From the NCBI GenBank assembly GCA_963749595.1, contig CAVVNJ010000008.1:3389-67388 (forward strand): a stretch of 64,000 nucleotides of DNA, read 5' to 3'. This DNA is from Candidatus Woesebacteria bacterium (lineage in GTDB: Bacteria; Patescibacteriota; Microgenomatia; UBA1400; UBA1396). The translations under genes were made by a program, and so were the position numbers. The notes under the pieces are model-generated. The model worked only from the letters and a program-made list of their open reading frames with translations, made no database searches and was not told the origin of the DNA. Each line of letters begins with the position of its first letter. Position 1 is the first letter of the stretch. Shown piece after piece: positions 27,956 through 36,957 of the stretch.

Positions 27956-29054
27956 GACCGCGCTCTCCCAAGCCCAGGAGATTACCCACGCTCAAGTTTT
28001 GCTGTTTTTTTCGGAATACTTACCTCGTTTGGCTACTGTCGATCCCTGGATTAATCGCGTCGGAGAACGGCTGCAAGAATACTGTTTGCGGCCAGGAAAA
28101 GCGGCCCGACCCCTGTTAGTGGCTTGTGGAGCGGCGCTATCGATGGATCAACCGCTGGATAAAGTGTTAGCTGATGTCCGGGTTCAGCGGTTGATGCTGG
28201 TTAGTCAATTAATCCACAAGCGTTTGATCCTGGCGGATGACGTGGCCGACCGTGACGAACTGCGTAACGACAAACCAGCTTTCCACGTTGGTTGGGAACA
28301 AGACTTGGCAGAGGATCCGAAGTATCGGCAACTCGCTGTGTCTTTTCGCCAGCACGTGGCCCGTTCCTATACGGAAATCGCCGGTATTTTGCTGCAGCGG
28401 ATGAGTGATTTTGCTTGGGATAATAATGGCTTATTTGCGGAAGAACACAATCGGATAAACCAAATTTTACTAGAGTATATTTATGAGAAAACTCCTGCTG
28501 GTTGGTATTTGCTGTTCGATCAGAATTTTGAAACTTTGAATGACGAAACCTCGGAAGAAGTTTTGCTGAAAGGTCTCGAATTAGTGACTGGCGGCTATAC
28601 TTTTCAGGGACCACTCTTGTTAGGCGCGACTCTGGGGTCTAAATTTGACGTTTACGCAAAAATCCTGATCGAAATTGGTGCTGCCGCCGGAGTTTTGTAT
28701 CAGCTGACGGATGATGTGATCGGCTTGTTTGGCGAGCCGGAAGTGACCGGCAAACCGGTTGGCGGCGATATTCGCGAGGGAAAGAAAACGTTGTTGATGC
28801 AGTATGCTTATCGATTGGGAAGCGCACGGGACCGGAAGCAGTTGCAAAAATTATTGGGAAAACCAGATATCACGGCTGCGGAAGTAGAGGTGGTCAGAGA
28901 AATTGTCCACCGCAGTGGGGCGTTTGATCAGAACCAGTCCAAGATTAAAGAGTACCAGCAATTCTGCGCAAGCCTGTTAGAACAATTACCAGCTGGTGAA
29001 GTTGCGGATCTGCTGAGTGATCTGATCAATTTTGTTGCCTTCAGAAAAGCTTAG
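27945..29054 (+). CDS. polyprenyl diphosphate synthase family
   Basis: First Asp-rich motif LADDVADRDELRN and second YQLTDDVIG. ATG at 27945 overlaps the upstream gene end. Confidence 0.8.
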   Translation: MKFKTALSQAQEITHAQVLLFFSEYLPRLATVDPWINRVGERLQEYCLRPGKAARPLLVACGAALSMDQPLDKVLADVRVQRLMLVSQLIHKRLILADDVADRDELRNDKPAFHVGWEQDLAEDPKYRQLAVSFRQHVARSYTEIAGILLQRMSDFAWDNNGLFAEEHNRINQILLEYIYEKTPAGWYLLFDQNFETLNDETSEEVLLKGLELVTGGYTFQGPLLLGATLGSKFDVYAKILIEIGAAAGVLYQLTDDVIGLFGEPEVTGKPVGGDIREGKKTLLMQYAYRLGSARDRKQLQKLLGKPDITAAEVEVVREIVHRSGAFDQNQSKIKEYQQFCASLLEQLPAGEVADLLSDLINFVAFRKA

Positions 29055-29173
29055 GCAATTTTAGTCCTGGTAATATTTATTATCAGTTGTATAACGACCC
29101 AATCGTCCTTCTGAAGTAGGCTTTTACATTGCGTAATTGATAGCCTTCAGTTATTAAGGAGAGATCGTGAACA

Positions 29174-29392
29174 GTGACGAATCAACAGGAGAACCGAGAG
29201 TTCGACAATGCGGCCAACGCCGCGGGGATTCGGGGTACGGATTGGAAAAATGATTCCGCCCTGGATAATTTTTCGGAGTACTTTCACAACACCTACGATA
29301 AGTGGGAGCGCGATCGCTTCAGCTTCGGCGAGATCAAGGAGATTGCCGAAGCTTGGTGGTCCGTGAATCGTGACAAGTATATCCAACTGTAA
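29174..29392 (+). CDS. small hypothetical protein (72 aa)
   Basis: ORF with a GTG start, followed by a strong terminator. Confidence 0.4.
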   Translation: MTNQQENREFDNAANAAGIRGTDWKNDSALDNFSEYFHNTYDKWERDRFSFGEIKEIAEAWWSVNRDKYIQL

Positions 29393-29418
29393 GCAATCGT
29401 CGGCTGTTTATCACAACA

Positions 29419-29443
29419 GACCGGGCATTATGCCCGGTCTTTT
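29419..29443 (+). terminator. intrinsic terminator
   Basis: GACCGGGCA-TTA-TGCCCGGTC hairpin followed by TTTT. Confidence 0.8.
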
Positions 29444-29458
29444 GGTATATTAACTATC

Positions 29459-29977
29459 ATGGTGCTAGAAGAAAAAGAGATCGATATTCAAGGGGCTGTT
29501 CAAGTACTGAGACATTTGGATGAGAAAGAAATAATCTCCGTTATTCATCCAGCTGATGCGTTGTTGATTTTTAAATTTGGATCACTGATTGGCAAAGAAG
29601 ATGGCAGGAATATCTATCGATACTCCTTGTTCATATGGGGCAAATGGATTTTTTGCAAAGATAGACTTCTTTTGAATAGCTGGCCAATCTCTTCTGAAGA
29701 CAAGGGTTTTTTCATGCGAATGGAAGATTTTGCTGATAATTTTGCCGCTCACCAGATTATTAATATTGCTATCAATGATGATGGTCAAGGCGTAACGCTG
29801 CTATTTAATGATCGGTCGAACTTAACTATGTGGCCGGGGGGAGCAGGCTTTTTTAATTATTACGAATACCTTCAGGATCGGCTAGAAGAATCCACTGAGT
29901 CAATTGGTATTAGGACTGATGAAGTATCCCAGAAACTAATGTTCTTTCGGGCGGACAATCGACGTCCGAAAAAATAG
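29459..29977 (+). CDS. hypothetical protein (172 aa), AT-rich
   Basis: Long ORF in a roughly 35% GC segment. No motif recognised. Confidence 0.45.
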   Translation: MVLEEKEIDIQGAVQVLRHLDEKEIISVIHPADALLIFKFGSLIGKEDGRNIYRYSLFIWGKWIFCKDRLLLNSWPISSEDKGFFMRMEDFADNFAAHQIINIAINDDGQGVTLLFNDRSNLTMWPGGAGFFNYYEYLQDRLEESTESIGIRTDEVSQKLMFFRADNRRPKK

Positions 29978-29980
29978 TGA

Positions 29981-30000
29981 AGCCCCGGAAGGACGGGGCT
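29981..30000 (-). terminator. hairpin terminator (best read on the minus strand)
   Basis: AGCCCCG-GAAGGA-CGGGGCT hairpin. The minus-strand reading is followed by a T6 run a few nt away. Confidence 0.5.
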
Positions 30001-30024
30001 CCACTAAGTTCAGCGTGGTCTGTT

Positions 30025-30729
30025 TTATCGGCCGAACTTCTCCGGAAATTGCTGAATGATGCCGCCGGACAGGGCGTCAGCCATCATCAGCGCTTGGTTG
30101 TGAATGGCATCAAAGGCGATGACGTCAGCGGGATAATCCCGATTCAGCCCGGCCACCACTTCCGCTTTGGTATGGTTGAGATGATCGTAGAGCATATTCT
30201 TCACGGCGTCTTGCGGCCAGTAGCTGGGATTGGCGGTGGAGAGAAAGGCCGCAATTTCATCCGCATTACTGAACCACGCCTGTTCAGCCGCGGTCTGTTT
30301 GGTCGCATTTTTGGCTTTGGCCGCGTCGATGATGGCCACCGCGCCTAGAATATGATCTTTTAGCAATGAAGTCAGCTTATTTCCGGATTCCTCACCATAG
30401 TAGGGCTTGATGGCATTACCAATGTCTTCCTGGTTTTTTAACAGGCGAGTAGCTGCCTCATCAGAATCCTGAGCGTTGGCTACTGTCGCGACCACATAGC
30501 TGCGGGTCCAAATGACGTGGTCCTCCCATAGCTGGCGCATGTTTTGGCGCAACTGGGCTTCCGGAAGCGTCCAAACCTCCAGAGTTTGGTCGGAAATCTG
30601 TTTAGACAGTCTCTTTTCGTGCCAATATTTGCCAACGCCGATACCCAAAACAAAAACGATCAGGATGGTAATAATTAAACCCAAGGGCAGATTACCCATT
30701 CCTCCTCGCCCAGTTTTGCGAGCGGCCAT
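30025..30729 (-). CDS. membrane-anchored helical protein, function unknown
   Basis: One N-terminal TM segment (LPLGLIITILIVFVLGIGV) followed by a predicted helical domain. Confidence 0.45.
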   Translation of the reverse strand: MAARKTGRGGMGNLPLGLIITILIVFVLGIGVGKYWHEKRLSKQISDQTLEVWTLPEAQLRQNMRQLWEDHVIWTRSYVVATVANAQDSDEAATRLLKNQEDIGNAIKPYYGEESGNKLTSLLKDHILGAVAIIDAAKAKNATKQTAAEQAWFSNADEIAAFLSTANPSYWPQDAVKNMLYDHLNHTKAEVVAGLNRDYPADVIAFDAIHNQALMMADALSGGIIQQFPEKFGR

Positions 30730-30806
30730 ATTTCACCTTTCGTCACGTAATTAAGTGACTTAAATGATGTTATGATTTATAAAAGTGGAGCGTCAAGGAG
30801 GAGTTT

Positions 30807-31040
30807 ATGCCCTACAAAAATACCACCGATCTTCCTGATGCCGTGCGCGAGCACCTGCCCGATCATGCTCAAGACATTTATAAAGATGCGTTTAATAACG
30901 CCTGGGATCAGTACGCCAATCCTCGGGACCGTCGGGATGGCGGGACCAGAGAAGAGACCGCCCACCGCGTGGCCTGGGCTGCGGTGAAGCGCGAGTATGC
31001 CAAAGATCAGTCTACCGGCCGGTGGCAACCCAAACCCTAA
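30807..31040 (+). CDS. chaB: ChaB family protein
   Basis: MPYKNTTDLPDAVREHLPDHAQDIYKDAFNNAW...ETAHRVAWAAVKREY matches the ChaB pattern. Confidence 0.7.
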   Translation: MPYKNTTDLPDAVREHLPDHAQDIYKDAFNNAWDQYANPRDRRDGGTREETAHRVAWAAVKREYAKDQSTGRWQPKP

Positions 31041-33478
31041 ACTTCGAGCAAAGCGGCGGTTAATACCTCGCTGACGTGATCGACGGGACGAATTTCAATA
31101 TCTTGTTTGACTTTGGCTGGGATGTCGACCAGATCCTTGGTGTTCTGTCGGGGAATAAAGACCAACTTGACGCCGGCGCGGTGGGCAGCGATCAGTTTTT
31201 CTTTCAAACCACCGATGGGTAGCACCCGGCCGCGTAGAGTTACCTCTCCCGTCATAGCGATATCGCTGCGCACCGCGCGTCCGGTATAGACCGAGGCCAA
31301 AACTGTAGTCATGGCGACGCCGGCTGAAGGTCCGTCTTTGGGCACGGCGCCTTCCGGGGCATGGATATGGACGTGGTTTTTGGCGATTCGCTCCAAGTCG
31401 ATCGCCAGTTCTTTGGACCGCGAGCGAACGTAAGTAAAAGCCGCCTTGGCTGATTCCTGCATTACTTCTCCCAGCTGACCGGTGAGTGTAATTCCTTCTT
31501 TACCGGGCGTAAGCGCGGCTTCGATTGGCAATAACTCGCCACCCACACTGGTCCAAGCGAGTCCATTGACCAAGCCGATTTCCGGTTTCTGCTCCTGAAT
31601 TGAGTCAAGGAATTTATAGGGACCCAGTAGTTCGGCCAAATTATTGGTCGTCACCGTGACCGTTTTCTTTTTTCCTTCCGCCAGCAAGCGGGCGGCCTTG
31701 CGGGCCAGAGAGGACAGCTCGCGCTTCAGGGTTCGGACGCCGGCTTCGCGGGTGTAGTAGCGGATTAAGGCTCGCAAGGCCGCGTCGGCAATAGAAAACT
31801 TACCGGTCTTAAGCCCTGCACCTTGCTCGACTTGGTTTAGCAAATAACGTTTGGCAATATGAAATTTTTCTTCTTCGGTATAACCGGAGTATTCCACGAC
31901 CTCCAAGCGATCGCGCAACGCTGGCGGGATCGTGTGCAGAACATTAGCGGTGGTGATAAAAATTACTTCCGACAAGTCAAACGGCAGGCCTAGATAGTGA
32001 TCGGAAAATTCGTGATTTTGCTCCGGATCCAAAGCTTCCAGTAGCGCCGCGGAAGGATCACCGCGGAAATCCTGGCCCAGTTTGTCGATTTCATCCAGCA
32101 TGAAGACCGGATTTTTGGTTTTCGCCGTGGCAATGCCTTGCATGATGCGGCCCGGCATGGCACCCACATAAGTGCGGCGGTGGCCGCGTATTTCGGCCTC
32201 GTCGTGAATGCCACCCAAGGAAACTTTGATAAATTCCCGACCCAATGCCTCGGCAATGGACCGGCCAATGGAGGTTTTACCCACGCCAGGCGGCCCGACA
32301 AAACACAAGATGGTGGCCAAAGCGCTATTTTTCTTGGCGGCCCGGGCGGCTTTCTTTTTTTCTTCCTTTTCATTTTGTTGCCGCAGTTGCAGCACGGCGA
32401 GGTATTCCAAAATTCGCTCTTTGACCTTTTCCAGACCATAGTGGTGCTTTTCCAGCACCTGTTGGGCAGTTTTCAGCGAGGTTCGGCCGCGGGAACGTTT
32501 ATTCCAGGGTAGGGTCAAGATGGTATCGACCCAAGTATGCAGGTAGGCGTACTCGGAGTGCATCGGCGACATCTGGTTGAGGCGGCGCAGCTCCTTATTG
32601 ATTTTCTCGAAAATTTCCTTGGGCAGGTTGGCCTTTTCCAATTTTTCGGCCAGCTCGTCCAGTTCGGCCGTTTCTTCATCGAACTCGCCGAGCTCTTTTT
32701 GAATCGCCTGCATTCTTTCGCGCAGAATATTTTCCCGCATTCTTTCGTCAAGACTTTTTTTCGTTTCGCTACTGATTTTTTGTTCGATGTCCAAAATATG
32801 CTGTTCTCGGGAGAGGTAATCGATTACCCGACCGATGCGCACGTTAACGTTCAATTCTTCTAAGAGCGACTGCTTGTCCTGCACCGGCAAGTCGAGCGTA
32901 GAGGCAACGTGGTCCACCAATTCCGTCGGTTTGACTCCGCCCATCAGCTTCATGAAGTTGAAAAACTCGACCGGTTTGCCTTGTTGAATCGTTTTTTTAA
33001 AAAGATTGGTCAGGTGATTAACCTGAGCCTGGAACTCATCCGTTTCGGTGATTTGCTCCGCTACTTCCGCGGCCGTGACCGTGAAAAAGGGATTGGCTTG
33101 TTGAATTTTCGTGATCCGGACGCGTTTAACGCCATGTAGCATGGCGTGCAGTTCGTTTTCGTGCAGTAGAGTGCGCTCCACTTTCGCCAGGGTTCCGAAG
33201 CGACGGATGTCACGCGGCCCGAGGTCGTCTTTGCCAGGTTTATTTTGGGCGACCACCACGACAAAGCCGTGAGTTTTTTCGGCTTCACGGATTGCCTGTT
33301 GGGATTGTGGCCGGCCAAAAACGAGGACGGTATCAGCGTGAGGAAAAACTACGGTATCCCGCAGCGCTACCAGAGGAAAGTAAACCGGCTCGTTTTTGGC
33401 CGGCGAATCAGTTTTCACTAACCCGGAAGTCGAATTTTCGGGTGGGGTGGTTGATTTCTTATTGATGATCAAAGCCAT
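31037..33478 (-). CDS. lon: ATP-dependent Lon protease (LonA)
   Basis: Full N-domain, Walker A GPPGVGKTS, and a protease domain with DGPSAGVAM (catalytic Ser) and a downstream Lys. 813 aa. Confidence 0.95.
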   Translation of the reverse strand: MALIINKKSTTPPENSTSGLVKTDSPAKNEPVYFPLVALRDTVVFPHADTVLVFGRPQSQQAIREAEKTHGFVVVVAQNKPGKDDLGPRDIRRFGTLAKVERTLLHENELHAMLHGVKRVRITKIQQANPFFTVTAAEVAEQITETDEFQAQVNHLTNLFKKTIQQGKPVEFFNFMKLMGGVKPTELVDHVASTLDLPVQDKQSLLEELNVNVRIGRVIDYLSREQHILDIEQKISSETKKSLDERMRENILRERMQAIQKELGEFDEETAELDELAEKLEKANLPKEIFEKINKELRRLNQMSPMHSEYAYLHTWVDTILTLPWNKRSRGRTSLKTAQQVLEKHHYGLEKVKERILEYLAVLQLRQQNEKEEKKKAARAAKKNSALATILCFVGPPGVGKTSIGRSIAEALGREFIKVSLGGIHDEAEIRGHRRTYVGAMPGRIMQGIATAKTKNPVFMLDEIDKLGQDFRGDPSAALLEALDPEQNHEFSDHYLGLPFDLSEVIFITTANVLHTIPPALRDRLEVVEYSGYTEEEKFHIAKRYLLNQVEQGAGLKTGKFSIADAALRALIRYYTREAGVRTLKRELSSLARKAARLLAEGKKKTVTVTTNNLAELLGPYKFLDSIQEQKPEIGLVNGLAWTSVGGELLPIEAALTPGKEGITLTGQLGEVMQESAKAAFTYVRSRSKELAIDLERIAKNHVHIHAPEGAVPKDGPSAGVAMTTVLASVYTGRAVRSDIAMTGEVTLRGRVLPIGGLKEKLIAAHRAGVKLVFIPRQNTKDLVDIPAKVKQDIEIRPVDHVSEVLTAALLEV

Positions 33479-33503
33479 GTTTTTCCTTGTTTTCGGTGTC
33501 GGA

Positions 33504-33530
33504 TTGGCATTTTAAGTAAAAGAGTGCTAA
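33504..33530. promoter_or_regulatory. CIRCE-like inverted repeat upstream of lon
   Basis: In the lon sense it reads TTAGCACTC-N9-AAATGCCAA. One half matches the CIRCE consensus 9/9 and the other 6/9, with correct 9-nt spacing. It lies 26-52 nt upstream of the lon ATG. Confidence 0.45.
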
Positions 33531-33534
33531 ATGT

Positions 33535-33747
33535 CTAGGGTTGAACCACGATCATCTGCCAGCTCAAGAGGATGGTAGCGACTAGCGTCAGCCAGAAAAC
33601 CAGGAAAAAGAGATGAAAGGAGAAGTCGCGTCGTTTTAGCTCCGCTGGTAGCTCTGGCAGCTGAATCTCACCGGCATTTTCCGGGGGAGGCAGGTCGCTC
33701 GACGGCTCGGGCGCCAGGCGTTTGGGGCGGAAGGAAGTCAATACCAT
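33535..33747 (-). CDS. possible small membrane protein (70 aa)
   Basis: Internal ATG of the 110-aa track ORF, with a C-terminal TM segment FHLFFLVFWLTLVATILLSW. Weak support. Confidence 0.3.
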   Translation of the reverse strand: MVLTSFRPKRLAPEPSSDLPPPENAGEIQLPELPAELKRRDFSFHLFFLVFWLTLVATILLSWQMIVVQP

Positions 33748-33919
33748 GGCCAAATCATTGTACACTGCGGTATAATACTTTGAGAACATTAGTACCATGC
33801 GCAAACAACTCGGTATGTTATTACTAGCTAAACTTCCACCGGATTCCCAACGGGAACAAACCGGCACTTGGTTGTACCGCTAAGCTGATTTTGTTTGTGG
33901 CATGGTGAAAAGGAGAACC

Positions 33920-35578
33920 ATGTCTATTTTTAAATCTTTCTCGCAAGTTTTACGAGTTAAAGAAGGTGTCCGGCCGGCCAAACCTCAGGCGATTGTTGCC
34001 GGTCAGTCTGCTGTTCAGTCTAAAGATCCGGTTGCGGCGCCGCCGGCGCGGGGTTCCTACCTTCGCCGAGACAAGCGTCCCCAGCCCAAAGCTCAGTCCA
34101 TTCCGGCTGCTGGCGTTCCCGCTCCGGCGGCGCCGAACGTTTCACCTCAGTTAACCAACCAATTGGCGGAAGTGGAAGAAAAACTCCGGTCGGCCGAATC
34201 CCGGGCGCGGGAAGTGCTGATCGAAGCCAAGTCCGAGGCGCTGAAAATTCGGGAAAAGGCCGAGCAGGACTCACGGACTTTACAAACGGCTTTAGTGGAA
34301 CAGCAAAAGACGCTGGATCGCCAACTGTCCAACCTCAATCTTCGCTTGGAGCAGATCGATCGCCGGGAAGAGTCGGCGGATACCAAGTTGGCTCAATTGG
34401 ATCGCCAGCGTCAGGAGTTGGAACAGAAGCAAGTGGAATTGATCCGTGAGCTGGAATCGGTCAGCGGTTTGACCCGCGATCAGGCGCGGCAAGAAATTCT
34501 TGACCGTTTAGAGCGCTCGGTTGACCGCCAGGCAGCCCAGATGATCCAACAAAAATTGTCGGTGGCTCAGGAAGAAGCGGACGATAAGGCCAAGGAATTG
34601 TTGGTGGAGGCCATGAAGCACGGCGCTACCGACTACGTTGCCGAGTACACTATTTCGGCGGTCAAGTTAGCCGATCCGGAAATGAAGGGCCGGATTATCG
34701 GCAAAGATGGCCGCAACATTCGGGCCTTTGAACGCGCTACCGGTGTGGATGTCGACTTGGACGAAACCCCGGACGAAGTGCGAATTTCATCTTTTGATCC
34801 CGTCCGCCGCGAGATTGCCCGCATTACCTTGGAACGCCTGCTCAAGGACGGTCGGATTCAGCCGGCTCGTATCGAAGAGGTGGTACAAAAGGTTACCAGC
34901 GAACTCAACAAAATCATGTTCGAAGAGGGTAAAAAACTCTGCCACCAGGTGGGGGTCTTCAATTTGCCCCACGACATCATTCAATTGTTGGGTCGGTTCA
35001 AATACCGCTTCTCTTACGGCCAAAACCTGATTCAGCACACCCTGGAAGAAACCCAGATCGGCATCAAGATCGCCAACGAACTCGGTTTGGATGCCCGGGT
35101 GGTGACCTTGGGCTGTTTGCTGCATGACATCGGCAAAATTGTCGAAGGTGAAGGCAATCATATCGAGCTTGGTGTTCAGTTGTTGAAAAAGTATAACTTT
35201 GAGCAACGGGTGATCGATTGTGTGGCTCAACACCACGAAGACGAACCGTTCACGTCACTAGAATCATACGTGGTTTATATTTCCGACGCGATTTCCGGTT
35301 CCCGTCCAGGCGCCCGGAGCGAAAACCATGAGGAATACGTCAAACGCTTGAACAAACTGGAAGAGATAGCCAACTCCTATGAAGGGGTGCAGAAATCCTA
35401 CGCGATTCAAGCTGGTCGGGAGGTTCGCGTACTTCTGATTCCGGAAAAAACTTCCGATCGAGACGCCACGGTGCTGGCCCAAAAGATCGCCGAACGCTAC
35501 GAACAAGAAGTGACCTACCCCGGAACGGTGACGGTTTCGGTGATCCGCGAAGTGCGCGGCGCCGCCACGGCAAAGTAA
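33920..35578 (+). CDS. rny: ribonuclease Y
   Basis: KH domain GRIIGKDGRNIRAFE and HD domain LLHDIGK...HH. ATG at 33920 is preceded by AAGGAG. Confidence 0.9.
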   Translation: MSIFKSFSQVLRVKEGVRPAKPQAIVAGQSAVQSKDPVAAPPARGSYLRRDKRPQPKAQSIPAAGVPAPAAPNVSPQLTNQLAEVEEKLRSAESRAREVLIEAKSEALKIREKAEQDSRTLQTALVEQQKTLDRQLSNLNLRLEQIDRREESADTKLAQLDRQRQELEQKQVELIRELESVSGLTRDQARQEILDRLERSVDRQAAQMIQQKLSVAQEEADDKAKELLVEAMKHGATDYVAEYTISAVKLADPEMKGRIIGKDGRNIRAFERATGVDVDLDETPDEVRISSFDPVRREIARITLERLLKDGRIQPARIEEVVQKVTSELNKIMFEEGKKLCHQVGVFNLPHDIIQLLGRFKYRFSYGQNLIQHTLEETQIGIKIANELGLDARVVTLGCLLHDIGKIVEGEGNHIELGVQLLKKYNFEQRVIDCVAQHHEDEPFTSLESYVVYISDAISGSRPGARSENHEEYVKRLNKLEEIANSYEGVQKSYAIQAGREVRVLLIPEKTSDRDATVLAQKIAERYEQEVTYPGTVTVSVIREVRGAATAK

Positions 35579-35625
35579 GACTAGAAAAAAGGCGGAAGAT
35601 GCGTACAATAGGGGTCTCTGCCTAG

Positions 35626-35677
35626 GTAAAAAACGTAAGGGGATTTTTCCCAAAGGGAAGAATCCCCGCTACTATAG
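35626..35677 (+). promoter_or_regulatory. conserved 52-nt hairpin element, copy 1 (upstream of hup)
   Basis: GTAAAAAACGTAAGGGGATTTTTCCCAAAGGGAAGAATCCCCGCTACTATAG forms a 13-bp hairpin with an AAA loop. It is downstream of a TACAAT box (35604-35609). A homologous copy lies at 39469-39520. Confidence 0.6.
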
Positions 35678-35690
35678 AAGGAGAATTGCT

Positions 35691-35966
35691 ATGACGAAGT
35701 CACAGCTCATCGCGGTTATCGCAAAAAAGGCCAACCTCACTCAGAAGGCAGCCACCGAAGCGGTGGAGACTTTTCTTGAGGAGACCACTCGCGCCCTGGC
35801 TAAAGGCGACAAGGTTCTTTGGTCCGGTTTCGGTACCTTTGACGTTCGCAAAGTCGCTGACAAGCGCGTTGTGCCTTTTGGCAAGACCGAGCTGACTCGC
35901 GTCATCAAGAGCCACCGCGTCGTCAACTTCAAGGCCGGTAAGCCAATGAAGGAAGCGATCAAGTAA
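35691..35966 (+). CDS. hup: DNA-binding protein HU
   Basis: MTKSQLIAVIAKKANLTQKAA...GFGTFDVRKVADKRV...NFKAGK is the typical HU/IHF fold sequence. AAGGAG RBS present. Confidence 0.9.
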   Translation: MTKSQLIAVIAKKANLTQKAATEAVETFLEETTRALAKGDKVLWSGFGTFDVRKVADKRVVPFGKTELTRVIKSHRVVNFKAGKPMKEAIK

Positions 35967-35973
35967 GGTAGTA

Positions 35974-36017
35974 AGGTCAGACCTTCCAGAGGAAACTTTG
36001 GCTAAGGTCAGACCCTG
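35974..36017. repeat. twin palindrome, locus b
   Basis: AAGGTCAGACCTTCC and AAGGTCAGACCCT with centres 31 bp apart, immediately after the hup stop. Confidence 0.75.
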
Positions 36018-36031
36018 ATCTGAAAATAAGG

Positions 36032-36055
36032 CGCCGGGGCAACCCGGCGCTTTTG
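36032..36055 (+). terminator. intrinsic terminator of hup
   Basis: GCGCCGGG-GCAA-CCCGGCGC hairpin followed by TTTT. Confidence 0.8.
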
Positions 36056-36096
36056 GTATTATCTGTTGTAGAATGATAGCTAGGAGGAGAGCGAAA

Positions 36097-36486
36097 ATGA
36101 CTCGGCACGATTTAGAGATTTATCTGGCTCAGCAATTGTCCCCGAAAGCGGACTATCGGGATCTGGCACTCGCGGCCAGTCCGGTCGAGTCTAGTCAGAA
36201 AATTGCTCGGTTAGTGAAAGAACAAGTAGCCGAGGCGGTTCGAGTCCTCAATGTCTTCCCCGATAACCTTTCCTGCTTGCAGATAATCAGCGCCCTGCAG
36301 GCAATGTTGTCGCGGACGGCCCTTGCCCCCTATGTGTCAATTTATCAAGTTCATTATATTGATTTTGAGGCAACCAAGATTCAACGTCGGTTTGGGGTCG
36401 TGATCGATTCTGGAGTGAGTGAAAAAGGACCGCCTTATGTGGATGTCATGGTCGGACATCTACCTGACTCACCGATAAATCGTTAA
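36097..36486 (+). CDS. hypothetical protein (129 aa)
   Basis: ATG at 36097 lies 9 nt after AGGAGG. No motif recognised. Confidence 0.45.
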   Translation: MTRHDLEIYLAQQLSPKADYRDLALAASPVESSQKIARLVKEQVAEAVRVLNVFPDNLSCLQIISALQAMLSRTALAPYVSIYQVHYIDFEATKIQRRFGVVIDSGVSEKGPPYVDVMVGHLPDSPINR

Positions 36487-36518
36487 CGTCAATTTAACCA
36501 GCTTGTTGAGCTTCTTTT

Positions 36519-36956
36519 TTACCAGGAAATCTCGCGGAAAGTTTGTCCCGCTTGAATCGCTTCCAATACTTGGCGGATGTAATCGATCGTATTATTCGGC
36601 AGCTGATTCATAGCGAACCAACTCAAATCATCACACTTATCCGGCTCCATAATCTTTGGTTCACTGCGCCATTGCTTCACCCGGAAAAAGATATTCAAAT
36701 ACTCTTTGTCCGACTTATTGTGGGACAAAAGACAAAATTCTAAATCATCAGGATTGACCTCAACGCCGACTTCTTCTTTTAATTCGCGCACTGTTGCTGC
36801 AGTCAATGGTTCATTGCCATCGATATGCCCCGCTGGCAGACCATAGTTGCCGTCTTCGTGGCCGGTATTAAAGCGGCGGCTCAATAAAATTTGGCCGTCT
36901 TTTTCGAGAATGCCGAAAACGGCGACCGGGATTTGAAAACGTTGTGGTTTAACCAT
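36519..36956 (-). CDS. NUDIX hydrolase
   Basis: Nudix box GHIDGNEPLTAATVRELKEEVGV. Confidence 0.85.
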   Translation of the reverse strand: MVKPQRFQIPVAVFGILEKDGQILLSRRFNTGHEDGNYGLPAGHIDGNEPLTAATVRELKEEVGVEVNPDDLEFCLLSHNKSDKEYLNIFFRVKQWRSEPKIMEPDKCDDLSWFAMNQLPNNTIDYIRQVLEAIQAGQTFREISW

Positions 36957-36957
36957 A

